A stretch of DNA of 64,000 bases from Vicugna vicugna (Eukaryota). Below the pieces are notes generated by a model. It was not told the origin of the DNA. It ran no database searches and saw only the letters and a list, made by a program, of their open reading frames with translations. Every line of letters starts with the position of its first letter. The stretch's first letter is position 1. Made by a program: the position numbers and the translations under genes. Location: positions 3,286,911 to 3,350,910 of the forward strand of contig MU058531.1 of assembly GCA_013265495.1 (NCBI GenBank). Direction: 5' to 3'. Positions 38,751-52,744 of this stretch are shown here, one piece after another.

Positions 38751-39539
38751 TGGGGCACATAACAGCCTCACTGCTTGCTGTCTGGTGGCTCTTGACTCTC
38801 AGAAACTCATCGTTGACCAATGTGTGCACCCACAGTCTACCTGAAGCCTGTCTATGGATTTGTAAGTGTCCATGGTCTCCTGGGTTAAAAGTGTCTATTA
38901 AGAACAGCAGCTCTGTGTTGTCTGGCATACCAGAATGTGTTTAGCTTAATAAAGATGAAAAATGAAAAACTTTAATGAACTATGGCAGAGCCTCCAGTCT
39001 CTAATAAATCTGAGCATGACTGCTCTTCCGCCAGTGTAATTATGCTTAGAGTTCAGACCAAATTGCATTAACTGTTGCTTCTATGTACTCAATAAAAAAT
39101 AGAAGCATGAGTCACATTCCCAATTCTAAAAGTAATACTTTGAATACTGTAGTAAAGGTTATAGAAATGCATCCAGCTGGACGTCGGCTGGTCCTCTGTG
39201 GAGTTACCACGGTCAAGGGCTGGTCTTTGAAGGGTCAGAGATTTAATTTGGTTGTTGACCCAAAGCTGCTTAGAGGCTGAAGGTGGCTTCTGACCTGACA
39301 AAGGGTGTACATGGCCCGAAGCAGAGGCCACATTGGTGTGTCCTGGTGTGAGCCAGAGTCTGAGGAGGATGTCATGCGATGTCAAGTGGCTTAACTGAGA
39401 TGCCACACTCAGCAGCAGGGTGCTCACGAGGAAGCTGGGTCATCAAAGATCAGGACAACGTAGTCATTAACCCCAGGGAACAACTGCCTGTGTTCAAATC
39501 CTTATTCTGCCACTGAAACTACTTAATCTTCCTATATCA

Positions 39540-39943
39540 TCACAAGGGTCCTTGTAAGAGGATGACAGGAAGATTAGAGGGGTATATGTGACAACTGAAG
39601 CAAAGACTAGAGCGATGGAGGCTGCAAACCAAGGAATACAGACAGCCCTTAGAAGCCAGAAAAGGCAAGAAAGATTCTCCCCTAAAGCCTCCTGTAAGAA
39701 TCAGCCCTGCTGATATCTTGGCTTTAGCCCAGTGAGACTGAATATGGATGTCTACCCTCTGGAGCTGTAAGATAATAAATTTCTGTTGTGGGAGCACCCT
39801 TCTGTTTACTAGTTGGGATGCTACCGGATTCATGAATTATTGAATAAAGCTAATTATGTCTTTAAATAAATAAATAAATAACTGTTTTTTTAAGCCACTA
39901 AATTTGTGGTAATTTGTTACATCAGCAGCAGGAAGCTAATACA
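39540..39943 (+). mobile_element. MaLR LTR (MLT1C/D-like) with an internal insertion at 39790-39872
   Basis: GATTCTCCCCTAAAGCCTCC...CTGTAAGATAATAAATTTCTGTTGT | TTTAAGCCACTAAATTTGTGG...GCTAATACA. Confidence 0.85.
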
Positions 39944-41979
39944 GTCCTCACAACTCAATGAGATATCAGTACTTGCATTTTACCTCTGAGGTGATTAATT
40001 CCTGGTAACACAGAGTGAGTCTCCCAAATCTCTCCAGTAGGCTGTGGGCATAAAAACACTCTCAGATGGCTATTTCTGGTAGTTCTCTGAAAGCAGCTAT
40101 TGCCACGCCTGGTGCACCTTTCTGGCCATTTCAGTCACAGAGGGTGGTGCTGGTTTTACTTCACTCATTGATTGGAGCATATAGTGAGGGATCTATAGTC
40201 TTACAGGCATGTCTGAAAATGTCATTGATTAAACAAAGAAACATGTGTTCATAACATACTGAAGGGTATTGTAGTTTATGCAGTAGTGGTGTTCCATGGA
40301 AAAGAAAGTATACACCAATTCCTTATGAAATATCTGTATATTTTTTGTATTTCAGTCATATGTTTCCAGGTGTTTGGGGGACTATTTTAAAATGTCCTAC
40401 TCTTTTTGAAACGATTTTGTTTAATTGGAAGCATATCTGGATTGAGCCTTCTCTTTAAATTACAGATTTCACTTATGGTCTTTGCTCTTTTATGCTCTTA
40501 TCCTTTCAACCAGTGTTTGTTAAGATGCCATTTAGTCTGTACCATAGGGGCTGGGAAAACAGCATGATAATGAATGGTGCTAGACAATAAACAAATAAAC
40601 AGGAAAATACACCAGTCTTTCAAAAACAACAGCTATGAAGAAACTAAAATAGGGAGATGTGGTAATATTGAAATAAGCTTTAAAAACATTCCTGATCGCC
40701 CTGTGAGGAGGAACCCCTTCCATGCATGGGAAGGTGTCTTAAGAAATGCCTTTCCACCTGTGAATGTTGGCACAGCCCAAAGGAGAGGACCTGGATGGAG
40801 CCTGGAGTGTTTCCCCCCTGCAGCTCTGAAGATTAACTTTCTAGATTTGAAGATGAATACATTCTAGGATGAAGGAAGAGAATGTGTTAAAAGACCTTCA
40901 CACAGCAGACACAATAAATATGCATTATTATTATTACTATTTATTATTATTTTTCAGTGCCCAGCCCTCCATGGTTCTGAGTTCACTGGCAAGTCAAGTC
41001 ACAAATATACAGCAATCGGTCTCACTTACTAGGGCAATGGTCCATTAGAAGTATTTATGGTTAGAGGACAGGTGATGAAAGGGTCATATGAGTCCCACAT
41101 CGAGGTCCACTGCAATGACAAATGGCAGTGTTCCCTCTTCAAAGGAATGCAGCTGTGCATCATCACCTGCCTGGCCCCAGGGTGAGTGCTTGGCACGTGT
41201 GAGGTGCTCGGCAGAAAAGGCGTCCAGTGTTCCTCCAGTGAGGCACAGGCGAGACACTGCCCTGTTACTGCTGATGCCCTTCAAGTCCCTTGTCCCCAAG
41301 TACAAGCAAGGAGCTTCCCATACACGAGCTTTCTGTTTGCTGACTGTTATAAACCACCTTCTCCTGGCTGCTCACTCATCCATTCTAATTCTTGCCTTTA
41401 ACTTGAGATCTGTGACTTTCAGGATCACTTCCCACCAATGACCCTGGATCTTTAACAATCCTTGTTCTCTGTCCCAGTTGGGCGGCTGCCTCACATCAGA
41501 TCCAAGTTCTCTTCAATCCTCCAAAGCAGCTTTTCCCCCAGGCACTACCTACGTGAACAGCCCTCCAGCCTTCAGGCTTTCCCTACCACATTTCACAAAC
41601 TTGAAACTAAGCAGTGTTCCGGGGAAATTAGCCTAAAGACAATATAGCAATGGGAATTAACCAAGCAGGTTCTGGAAAAACACAGACTGGCTTTGAAAAG
41701 TAGATCTTCCACTTACTAGCTCTGCAAACGTGAGCAAATTACATCCCTGTTAAGTCTCAGCCTTCTCATTTCTAAAGTGGGGCTAATTATTCGATGAGGT
41801 AATGCTTGTAAAGAGTTCAGGGCCCGGCACATAGTAAATAAATGTCAGCACCTACTGGTGCCACTCTTGGTCCTTTATCACAGATTTACTCAAGAGCATT
41901 ATAGTGACCTTAAAGCACTGAAGGGTACCTAACTTTCCACCAAAGTATAATGCAACATAAAGACATGTACAAAGACAAA

Positions 41980-42033
41980 GACCTTATGAATCTTATTTAT
42001 AAGAATGACCTTATGAATCTTATTTATAAGAAT
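41980..42033. repeat. Perfect 27-bp tandem duplication
   Basis: GACCTTATGAATCTTATTTATAAGAAT x2. Confidence 0.95.
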
Positions 42034-42369
42034 GGATCCTCTTTCTCTAAAATCAAACGGAAAAAAAATGTGTGGTTATGTGGCTCATGTCAGCCAGGAT
42101 TCATACCCAGGCTGTGGGTATCTAAAGCCTATGGCCTTGTTACTTCACCACTTACTGTTCAGCCTGGCATTCAAGGCTCTCCATCACCATCCCCTTCCTC
42201 TCTTTTCGCCTTCTTCTCTATTTCTTTCACCCCAGCCATGGACCATCATCTTTACACATTTTTTCAGGATGTTCTATGGTTAAGCATTGGATCAAACTGT
42301 TTCTGCCACTGGTCTCCTGTCATATCTACTGGGTAAAAAACCTCCAGGGAGTCACCATGTCATCTTCGA

Positions 42370-43140
42370 CATGAGCCTTTTCAGATTGGCTTCTTTCACT
42401 TAGTAATCTGCATTTAAGGTTTCTCCATGCCTTTTCATGGCTTGGTAGTTCATCTCTTTTTAGCACTAAATGGAAATACTCCACTGTCTGAATATACCAC
42501 AGCTTATCCATTCACCTACTAAAGACATCTTGACTGCTTCCAAGTTTTGGCAGCTATGAATAAAGTTTCTATAAACATTGAAATGCAGGGTTTTATGTGG
42601 ACATAAGTATTCATTTCATTTTGGTATATACCAAGGAGTCCAATTGCTGGATTGCACATTAAGAATATGTTTAGTTTTATGAGAAACTGCCAAATTATCT
42701 TCCAAAGTGGCTGTACCATTTTGCATTGCTACCAGCAATGTTTGAGAGTTTCTATTGCTCCACATCCTTGTCAATATTTGGTATTGTCAATGCTTGAGAT
42801 TTTAGCTATCCTAATAAGTAAACAGTGGTATCTCACTGTTCTTTTAATTAGTAATTCCCTAATGACATATGGCATTGAACATCTTTTCATATGCTTACTT
42901 GCCATCTGTATTTCTTCTTTGATGAGGTGTCTGTTCAGGTCTTTTGTCCATTCTTAAATTGAGTTGTTCATTTTCTTACTGTTAGGTTTTAAAAATTCTT
43001 TGTATGTTTTGGATAACAGTCTTTTGCCAGATATGTCTTTTGCAGATATTTTCTCCCAGTCTATGGCTTGTCTTCTCATCATCTTGACAGTGTATTTTGC
43101 AGAGCCGAAGTTTTTAATTGTAATAAAATCCAGCTTCAGA
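42370..43140 (-). mobile_element. L1 ORF2 3' end/3'UTR, antisense
   Basis: Minus-strand ORFs MDKLWYIQTVEY... and MVQPLWKIIWQFL... match L1 ORF2 C-terminal motifs. Confidence 0.88.
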
Positions 43141-43486
43141 TATTTTTAAAAACTGAAGACATTACAGATATAATTAAAGTGATTTTTATACCCTTCTTTT
43201 TCATTCCCTTACATATCTAGAGGCAGATCACTGTCATGAAGTTCATGTGCACACTTCCTGTCCATGTTTTTAGCACTTGCATTTCACGTGTGCCCATAAA
43301 CCAGATATAATCTTATTTTGTTTGTAAAATTTACAACAATGGTATCACACTGTAAATGCCGATTCTTCTTTTTCACCCAAAATTGTATTTTTGAGATATA
43401 TCCATGTTGATACTCATAAATTCAATCTGTTCACTTAAACTATTTATAGCATTCTGTCACACAAGCAAACAAAAACAAATGTGTTA

Positions 43487-44173
43487 TTCCTGGGTATATA
43501 TCTGGAGGAAATTCTAATTCGAAAAAATACATGCACCCCAGTGTTCATAGCAGCACTATTTACAACAGCCAAGACATGGAAGCAACCTAAATGTCCATCA
43601 ACAGATGACTGGATAAAGAAGATATGGCATATATATATTATATATATATAGTATATATATATATTTATTGTATGTATATACATTGTGTGTATACACACAC
43701 ACACACACACACACACACCCCAGAATACTATTCAGCCATAAAAAAGAATAAAATAATGCCATTTGCAGCAACATGGATGGACCTGGAGATTGTTACTAAG
43801 CGAAGTAAGCCAGAAAGAAAAAAGAAAAATACCATACATCAGTTATATGTGGAATTTAAAAAAAAGAGACACAAATGAGCTTATTTACAAAACAGAAACA
43901 GACTCACAGACATAGAAAACAAACTTATGGTTACCGGGGGGAAGGGAGGGAATGATACATAGGGAGTTCAGGATTTGTAGATACTAACAACTATATATAA
44001 AATAGATAAACAACAAGGTCCTACTGTATAGCACAGGGAACTATATCCAATACCTTGTAATAGCCTATAATGAAAAAGAATACGAAAAGGAATACATATA
44101 TGCATAACTGAATCACTATGCTGTACACCAGAAATTAACCCAACATTGTAAGCCAACTATACCTCAATTTTAA
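43487..44173 (+). mobile_element. 5'-truncated L1 (artiodactyl-type 3'UTR) with internal TA/CA expansion
   Basis: EYYSAIKKNKIMPFAATWMDLE remnant; TSD AAATGTGTTA at 43477-43486 and 44174-44183. Confidence 0.92.
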
Positions 44174-44859
44174 AAATGTGTTAATGCACTCCTCCACAGA
44201 TGAAAATTCAGACATTCAGGCTTGTTTCAGAGAAATCCAACAATCCCATGCTGGAAGAGCCTCAAGAAGTTTGAAAAACACTTTCTTGGAGGGGGTAAGA
44301 AAACAAGCACTCACTCACAATGCCAGTGGAACTGTAAACTGTTAAAATCCTATCATGGTTAATTTGGCAGTCTTTTTAATTAAAAAAATTCAAAACTCAG
44401 CAGTTCAGCTTTTAGCAATTTCTCTTATAGAAATGTTACTCACACATGAGTGAAACTGTTGTATATACAAGGCTATTCATTGCAGCCCTTTCTGTAATAG
44501 CAAAATAATGGGTAAAATTTAGATTTCCATCAATGGAGAACTGGATAAGTAAATAATGGGATAGCTACACACTGGAGCACAACTGTAAATAAAGGAGATA
44601 GTATTCTATATACTATTATGGGAAAATCTTTAAGAGAAATTTCGCTGAAAAAATCAAGGTACATACAACATAGCAGGTTATCGATGTTTTTAAAAAGAAG
44701 TTACAAATAAATGTTTGACTATGCATAAGATAGCCCTGGGAGGATACCTAAGAGGTTGTGTCTGAGTCAGGGAAATGGGTGCTAGAGGATAATGAGGGAG
44801 AAGCTTATTTTTTACACCATTGAATTTTTATCCATTTTCCTGAGCTACAGATACAAGCT

Positions 44860-45301
44860 GACGCAAATGATTTACAGACTCAAGGCAATCCCGATCAAAT
44901 TCCAGCTGCCTTTTTCTTCTTTTTGGAGAAATTGACAAGCAGATCTTAAAATTCACATGGAAATGCAAAGGACCCAAAATAGCCAAAACCATCATGGAAA
45001 AGAACAAAGTTAGAGGACTCACACTGCTTATGGTAGCTATTAAATAAATAACTTTGCTTTAAAAGTGAACAAAAACCTAATACATTAAAAACTATCCATT
45101 TTATTACCTCACACTTGCCAGAATGGCTATCATCAAAAAGAGCATAAATGACAGATGCTAGCAAGGATATGGAGAAAAGGGAAACCTTGTACAGTGTTGG
45201 TGGGAATGTCAATTGGGGCAGCCACTGTGGAAAACAGTACATAAGTTTCCCAAAAAAACTAAAAATAGAACTCCTATTTAACCCAGCAATTTTACTCCTG
45301 G

Positions 45302-45345
<44 letters not shown>

Positions 45346-46095
45346 TTTTATTTCTTCTTCTTTTTTTTTTTAGGATTTCCCATATTTATTCAATGACAAA
45401 CTTGCAGGCACAGCTTGAGCGAGATAGAAAAGTGACCATGATCTCCTTGAGTTAGACAATCATCTAAACAAAAAAGCACTCATAAAACTGAGCAAACGAA
45501 GCTAGGATCTGCACATTAGGGGAAGGAGATATATTGCTAATGGAACCTAAAAAAAACGAAAACATTAATACAAAAAGATACAGACATCCCAATGTTCATA
45601 GTAACAATATTTACAATTGTCAAGATATGAAAGCAACCTAAGTGACCATGAATAGACAAATGGGTAATACTCAGTCGTAAAAATAATGAAGTTTTGACAT
45701 TTGCAACAACATGGATGAACGTGGAGGGTATTATGCTTACAGAAATAAGTCCAAATACTGTATGATATCATGCATATGTGAAATCTAAAAAATAAAGCAA
45801 ATTAGCGAATATAGCAAAAAAGAAACAGACTCACAGATGTAGAGAACAAACTAATGGTTACCAGCGGGAAGTAGGAAAGGGGGAGGGCAAGACAGAGGTA
45901 TGGGATCAAGAGGTACAAACTATTAACTGTAAAATAAAATAAGCTACAAAGATATATTGTACAACACAGGGAATATAGCTAATATTTTATAATAACTATA
46001 AATGAAGTATAACATTTAACAATTGTGAATCACTATGTTGTACACATATAACTTATATAATACTGCACATCAACTAAATCTTAATTTTAAAAATT
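44860..46095 (+). mobile_element. L1 3' fragments interrupted by (GT)n and an antisense retrocopy
   Basis: ORF2 motifs AAAATTCACATGGAAATGCAAAGGACC and GGGAATGTCAATTGGGGCAGCCACTGTGG; 3'UTR similar to 25620-25950. Confidence 0.88.
45344..45545 (-). pseudogene. Poly(A)-tailed non-L1 retrocopy (3' end of an unidentified transcript)
   Basis: Minus strand: ~170 nt of unique sequence, AATAAA (45385-45390), 13 nt, then A-rich tail (45344-45371); inserted in L1. Confidence 0.55.
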
Positions 46096-46327
46096 GTCCA
46101 TTTCATTTATTTTTAAAATTAATGGCATAAAATTTCTTATAGACTTGTCATGTGCTCATTTACTTCTTACCATAACTCTAGGTATGTTTACCTTTTTTAG
46201 CTTAATAGTGGTGAAGAAGAGAGACTCTGCTCAGGGTCTTTACAAAGGGTCATGAAACTTGAGCAAATAACTCCTCTGTGCCTCAGTTTTCTATTATGTA
46301 AGTAGTAATTATAACAGTATTTATGTC

Positions 46328-47387
46328 TATTTCCAAATGATGCGATTGACAAGGGCTTAATTTCCAGAATATATAAATAGCTCATACAACTTAATAACAA
46401 CGATAACAAAAAGCAAACCAATCCAAAAATGGGCAGAGGACCTAAACAAGCAATTCTCCAATGAATACATACAAATGGCCAATAGGCACATGAAAAAAAT
46501 GCTCCATATCACTAATTATCAGAGAAATGCACATCAAAACTACAATGAAGTATCACCTCACACCAGTCAGAATGGCCATCATTCAAAAGTCCATGAATGA
46601 TAAATGCTAGAGAAGGTGTGGAGAAAAGGAAACCCTCCTACACTGCTAGTGGGAATGTAGTTTGGTGCAGACACTATGGAAAACAGTATGGAGATTCCTC
46701 AAAAGACTAAAAATAGACTTACAATCTGATTCAGCAATTCCACTGCGGGATATATATCCAGAGGGAACTCTAATTTGAAAAGATACATGTGCCCCAATGT
46801 TCACAGCAGCATTATTTACAATAGCCAAGACATGGAAGCAACCTAAATGTCCATCAACAGATGACTAGATAAAGAAGAAGTGGTATATTTATACAATGGA
46901 ATACTACTCAGCCATAAAAAAGAATAAAATAATATCATGTGCAGCAACATGGATGGACCTAGAGATCATCAGTCTAAGTGAAGTAAGCCAGAAAGAGAAA
47001 GAAAAATACCACATGATGTCACTCATACATAGAATCTTAAAAAAAAAAAGGACACTATGAACTCATCTACAAAACAGAAACACAGACAAAGTAAACAATC
47101 TTATGGTTACCAGGGGAAGCGGGTGGGAAGGGATAAATTTGGAAGTTTGAGATTTACAAATGTTAGCCACTATATATATAAATAGATTTTAAAAAAAGTT
47201 TCTTCTGTATAGCACAGGGAGCTATGTTCAATATCTTGTAATAATCTTTAATAAAAAAATATGAAAAGGTATATATGTATGTATATGCATGACTGGGACA
47301 TTGTGCTGTACACCAGAAACTGACATATTATAATTGGCTGTACTTCAATTTAAAAAAAGAACCATCTTCCTAGAGCGTCAAAAAAGT
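46328..47387 (+). mobile_element. 5'-truncated L1 inserted into a MIR (MIR halves ~46240-46327 and ~47400-47495)
   Basis: ORF2 end + 3'UTR; 12-bp TSD AGTATTTATGTC at 46316-46327 and 47388-47399. Confidence 0.93.
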
Positions 47388-47519
47388 AGTATTTATGTCA
47401 AGACTTGTTGTGAGCATTAAATGAGTCATGTCAAGTACCTAGAAGACTTTACCTGATACTAAGGAAATTTTCAATAAATATAAACTTTATTACTGTTCCT
47501 ATGTTACATAATTGTGTCT

Positions 47520-50500
47520 TTTATCTTATCTTCCTAGAAGTTTATTCAGTTTATTAAGTCTTTCCCAAAAATTCAGCTTTCGTTTTCTATTTAAATAATT
47601 CCTTTTATATGCACTATTTCTTCTTTAGGGTTTCCTCTGTTGTTCTCTGATGTTTCTTGTGTTGAATGCTTAAGCAATCCGTTATACACCTTTCTTCTTT
47701 TCTAATAAATGCATTTGAGAGTTATAAATTTCCCTTCAGTATTGCTTTAGTTATAGCCAACAAGTTTTGGTATGTTATTTGTTGTTTTTTTAAATTGTCA
47801 TTCAGTTTTAAGTTTTCAGAATTTCTGTTATGATTTTTCCTTTAGCCTATGAATTATTTTGAAGTATGTTTTTTTCTTTTCTAAACTGTTTGAATTAGAA
47901 TTCTTGGTTGCAAACAATAAAAATCAGCTCTAGCTAGTTTAAGTGGAAAAGGAATATGTTGTATCATAATGACTGAGAAGGATGGATAACCAGGCTCAGA
48001 TAATGGCTGGAACCAAGGAAGGCAAGATACTGCCAAGCTCACAGGACAGAAACTGTCAGCTTAGGACCAGTGTCTGTCATCTCTCCACTGGACACATTGC
48101 TACCACATGGCTTCTGCCTGTGGACAGTCACTGCTGGTCCTGAAATGTCACCTTTGCTACCCTCTTTCAAATATTCTTGCGGCTGATCATTTTTTTTAAT
48201 GATTTTCTGAAATTTTCAGTCAAGTTTCTTTAAAAAAAAACTTAATATGGAAAATTTTTAACAAAAGCAAAAACAGAATATTATAATGAAATCCAAGGTG
48301 ATGATCACCTTAGTTTATGCAATTATCAGCATTTTCTGGCAAGTTTTTAAAAATTCCATTGGAATTATGTTAAATGTTAAATATTCACTGAGTAGAAACT
48401 GGCATTTTTAATCTTTAAGCCTTTCCATGAGGGAATATTGTGCCTCTATTTATTCAAATCTAATTTCTCCAAAATAATCACTAACACACACATATACATG
48501 TATGTATATCATTATGATTATCCCTAATTTCTTTTCCTTGTTTCTTTTATTATTTTCTCTGTTTCAGATTTAAAGCATTGGAGTTTAACATCTGTATACA
48601 GTACAGAGTCACCACTACCACCAGTCTAGTCACCATCCATCACCGTACAGTTAACCTTCTTCATCCACTTCACCAACCCCCCAACCCCCTTCCCTCTGAT
48701 AACTAGTAACTAATTTCTATTTTTTAACGCTTTTGTTGCTATTTTGAATGAGATCACCCCAGTATATCTCTAAGTAGATATTAGTGTTATATACAAATGT
48801 TGTTGGCTTTTCAACATTTGTCTTTTATCAGCCACTCTAGTGAATCAAGTTTGCATTGATTCTAAGTATTTTTTAGTTGATTGTCTTGGATTACCAATGT
48901 ATATAACCACATTTCCTGCAGGTAATCATAATTCTATCTCCTCCTTTTCATGAGGTATACTTCTATTTTATGTTCTGTATCTTAGTATATTAAAACATCC
49001 AGACCATATTGACTAATAACAACCATAAATAGGCATTTTTATTTGGTTAATCAATTTTAACAGATATGCCTCTAAATAGATTACCATCTGTATGATGATG
49101 GATGTTATTTTTGACAGGTATAGCAATTCTTTTAAGAACATGCACCTCTATTATTTGTTTTAAAAAGACTTTTTACATCAGGCAGAAAGTAGTGTCTAAT
49201 TTTCTGAAATGTCTTTTGGTTATTTATTGAGATGAAAGTTTGGTACCTTTGATTTATTGATATGCATTCTTTTATTAATGGATTACCTAATATTCAGGTA
49301 TCTTTAAACCCATGATAAATCTTGATTGGCACAGAGTAGATGATTTTATAACATGTTACTGGGTTTAACTTAATTATACTATATTTAGGATTTTTCATGT
49401 CTAGACTTATAAGTGATACTTAATGGTTTTTTCTTTGCTTCAGAAAATATTTTATGAGCATTTGATGTCTACTGAAAGTTTGGAAGAATCAACAGTTGAA
49501 ATTATCTGGTCCATGGGTCGCATTTCACAGCAAGAGTGCTGTGCAAGGTTTTGTAATTAGGCAATCTCTGGGTTAAATAGAATTAAACAGTTGTTTATCT
49601 GGGATTTCTCATAATTTTTAGTATGACAATGCATTGTAAGCCTCCAGCATTTTGAAATGTATTTAGTCATAGAGCCCTTTTATATTGATAAGCTAGTATT
49701 GGGTGAAAATACTTTGAAAATACCATACTAAAACTTTTTTTGATGAGGATTCATTGATAAGTTCTCCATTAAGTTACAAACTTTATGAAGGCAGGGGTTA
49801 TGTCAGTCCTTCCTGGTTACTGTTGCTTTCCTAGTTCTTTACACAATTTCCACCCTAAAAGTCACTCAGTAAATATTTAATCAATGAATTAACTACCTTC
49901 ATTTTGTCATTGATTATTGGGTCAGTCAGGATTCTCAGTGACGGGTAACAGAAACTAACAGACTGGAAAGCAATTTACCAAAAGGAGTTTCAGTAGCTGA
50001 CAGAACTGTTGAGAGCTAGAGAGTCCGCCTCAAAGCTAGGCTTCCAAGAATAATGCCCCAAATCATTCCCCAGGCACTGGAGGCTATAAGCTGGCACCGT
50101 TGCCAGGAGCTCAACTTTTCTGGAATTCCATCTGCTACCAGCACTAAAGCCACCTTGATACCAAGAATCCAGCTTTACAGATGTCATCCCCCTCACAAAG
50201 TTGAGTTTCTCTGCTCTCATTTTCACCAGCAAAATGTATTCTGTACAGAGCTTCCCTCTTCAAATTGTTTGCTTTTGAATCTAAGTTTCCCACACATATG
50301 CCTGGCTGATGGTGCTGGGTAACCCGTCACTGCTCCAGATGCAGAGGAGACCGGGCAAACACCGTTTATGGCTAATAACTTGGGAAAACAAGAATTTTAA
50401 GGAAGAAATTCCCCAAACCCAGCAATGGTGTTCCAAAGGAAATAGACTTTTCTACTTCTTGGATCAAATGTGGTAATACAGTTTCTCAGAATATGATCAA

Positions 50501-51230
50501 TTTCATCCAGATTTTAAAAATTGATTAGCTTAAACTTTATCATAGTATTCTTTTATAATTAAAAGTGTTACATTCTATTATAGTGTTCTCTTTTCCTTTT
50601 ATAATTTTGTTAGTGTTTTTATCCTTGATTATGTTTTCCAGAAGGGTTATTTTTTTAAAATGTCTCCCTGAAGGCATTTTATGTTTCCCAAAGAACTAGC
50701 TTTTAGATTTATCTTCTAGTTGGTTAGGTTTTCATCTTTACTGTTTTTTTAGTTTAATTTTTCTTGGAATTATTTTTGGTATTTTAAAAAATTTGAATTC
50801 TCACTTCATGTATTTTTACTCTTTCTTATTTAATAAAAACATTTAAAGACGCACATTTGCCTCTAATTACTGCTTTAGCCATGTCTCATAAATTTAAATT
50901 ATGTAATATTCTCATTTTTGTTATGTTCCAAGAAATCTATAATTATCATTTGGATTTCTTTTGTGACCCAGTCATTATTTAAGAGAACATGTTTTAATTG
51001 TTGAGCAGTTGATGCTTTTTGGTTTAAAATATTCACCGTTAACTTCTCGTTTTCTTGCATTTTAGTCAGAGAAGATAGCCTATATATTTCCCGGAATTTC
51101 TTGAGATTCTCTTGACCCATTTTTGTAAATGTCCACAGAACTCAGAAGAGAAGATACATTCTCTATGTGCAGATTGTAAATGTTGTAAAAAGTATCTTAG
51201 CTTTTCCATTATATTAGTAAAATCTATACT
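47520..51230 (-). mobile_element. Patchwork of ancient antisense L1 fragments with MLT1 relics (~47890-48170, ~49920-50450) and an L1 tail (~48540-48710)
   Basis: T-rich L1-like sequence; minus ORF 50899-51120 (LLNNDWVTKEIQ...FLEHNKNENIT) resembles L1 ORF2 just after the endonuclease domain. Confidence 0.65.
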
Positions 51231-52744
51231 AAAAAAATGAATAAAATTAGGCCTAGAGGACTGTTATTAAAACAAATCACATGAATAAGCCAAGTCAGTG
51301 GAGAGACAGTGATTGGGAGAAAAGAGAAGAGATCAAAAGGCCATTAGAAGAGTTGAGAGAGTACGAGGAAAGGCGTGCAAAGGGGAGGGGGAGAAATGTG
51401 GAGAGTAAGAGCAATGTGGACTTTAGATCAAAGCACAGCTGCTCAGGAGGACAGGTCTGGAACACACTTCAGACATGATGAGCTATGATTATGGAGACAC
51501 TTCAGACACCATGAGGTCGTTGTCAGGGTGAGACAGACGGCACAGGGTCAGAAGCTGCTTCTGGAAAATGAGAATGACGAAAAGGAAGTGCCAGCCTCAT
51601 AGTAGAAGAGGGAGAAGAGAAAACTGTGATCAGAGAAGGGAATTTCAGAGGTGAGACTTTGGAGGTGTGACCCTGCTTGCCAACAGCTGAGTTTGAGCAG
51701 CCCTGGAAAGCACTGAGGCAAGGAGGTTCCTAGATGTGCTGAGAACCTACCATTTTTCAGCCATGGTCTTCCATGCTGGGATATAGTGTGCACATTGCTG
51801 GCCCTGCTCTCATGGGGGGCCCCATGTATTGAAAGGGAACGTGGATGTGGAATCCTCTAGAATAATGGCAGAAATAGGCTGGAGCAGGAAGGTGGATAGA
51901 AGGCTTTGGTGAAGACGGGAAGAAACTGGAACATACCAGTGGCATAAAATTTGAAAGAAGACTGTTGAAATTAGCCAGTCCTTCCTCCTTCTACCCTGTT
52001 AAATGGGGAAGAAAATGTAGCCTTCACTGCAGAGGACTTCAGGAATGGGCGGTGTTGGGGTGAGCAAGGTGAGCTCAGTGTGGAAGGAACTAATTCAGAT
52101 GTCTTGGGAAGGCTGGGGTAAGACTCTGGCTTAAGAATCAGACTGCATGAGTGTAACCTTGAGCAAACTTCTTATCCTTTCTGAGCTTCAATCTCTAAAA
52201 TGGAAACAATAATAGTATCTACTCATACCATTTTTGGTATTGCATATAAAGCACTGAGCACACCTTTTGTCTTCACTTTCCTACTTTCTTGGCTTAATAT
52301 TGTGGTCAATCAGTTAAACACCCTCTTGCATGTATCCTAATCCCTTGCTCCCTTCTTGTTTTGTTAATAATCCTAGTTAAATCCTACTCTCCATTTTTAA
52401 TTCTCACACACCCATAAATCTGTCTGAATAAAAATATACAATCATAACAACCGGGCTCACATTACATTTATGATCACAACTGAACACAATGCCTGGCATT
52501 ATATTTCCCTATGTCATTCACGCTCCCATTTTCCTAACCGACTATTTCATACATTCTCTCAAACGTTTTCTATCTCCTACCTTATATTTACTCTTACCTG
52601 ATAATGTTTTTGGGGGTTTTTTTTTGTTTTTTTCTGATACTGTTTGTAGCACTTCATTGAGACACAGAAGCAAGCAAAAGAAAACTTTCACAAACTTCTA
52701 CCAACTCTTCTCAACTCCCAGTGTTGTTTCATTTATTAAACCTA

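Noticed and set aside
38220..38944. Overlapping ORFs up to 183 aa
   Set aside because: Fall largely within an L2 relic; chance open frames
40150..40480. Possible hAT-Blackjack fragment
   Set aside because: Only faint terminal resemblance (CACTTATGGTC); insufficient to call
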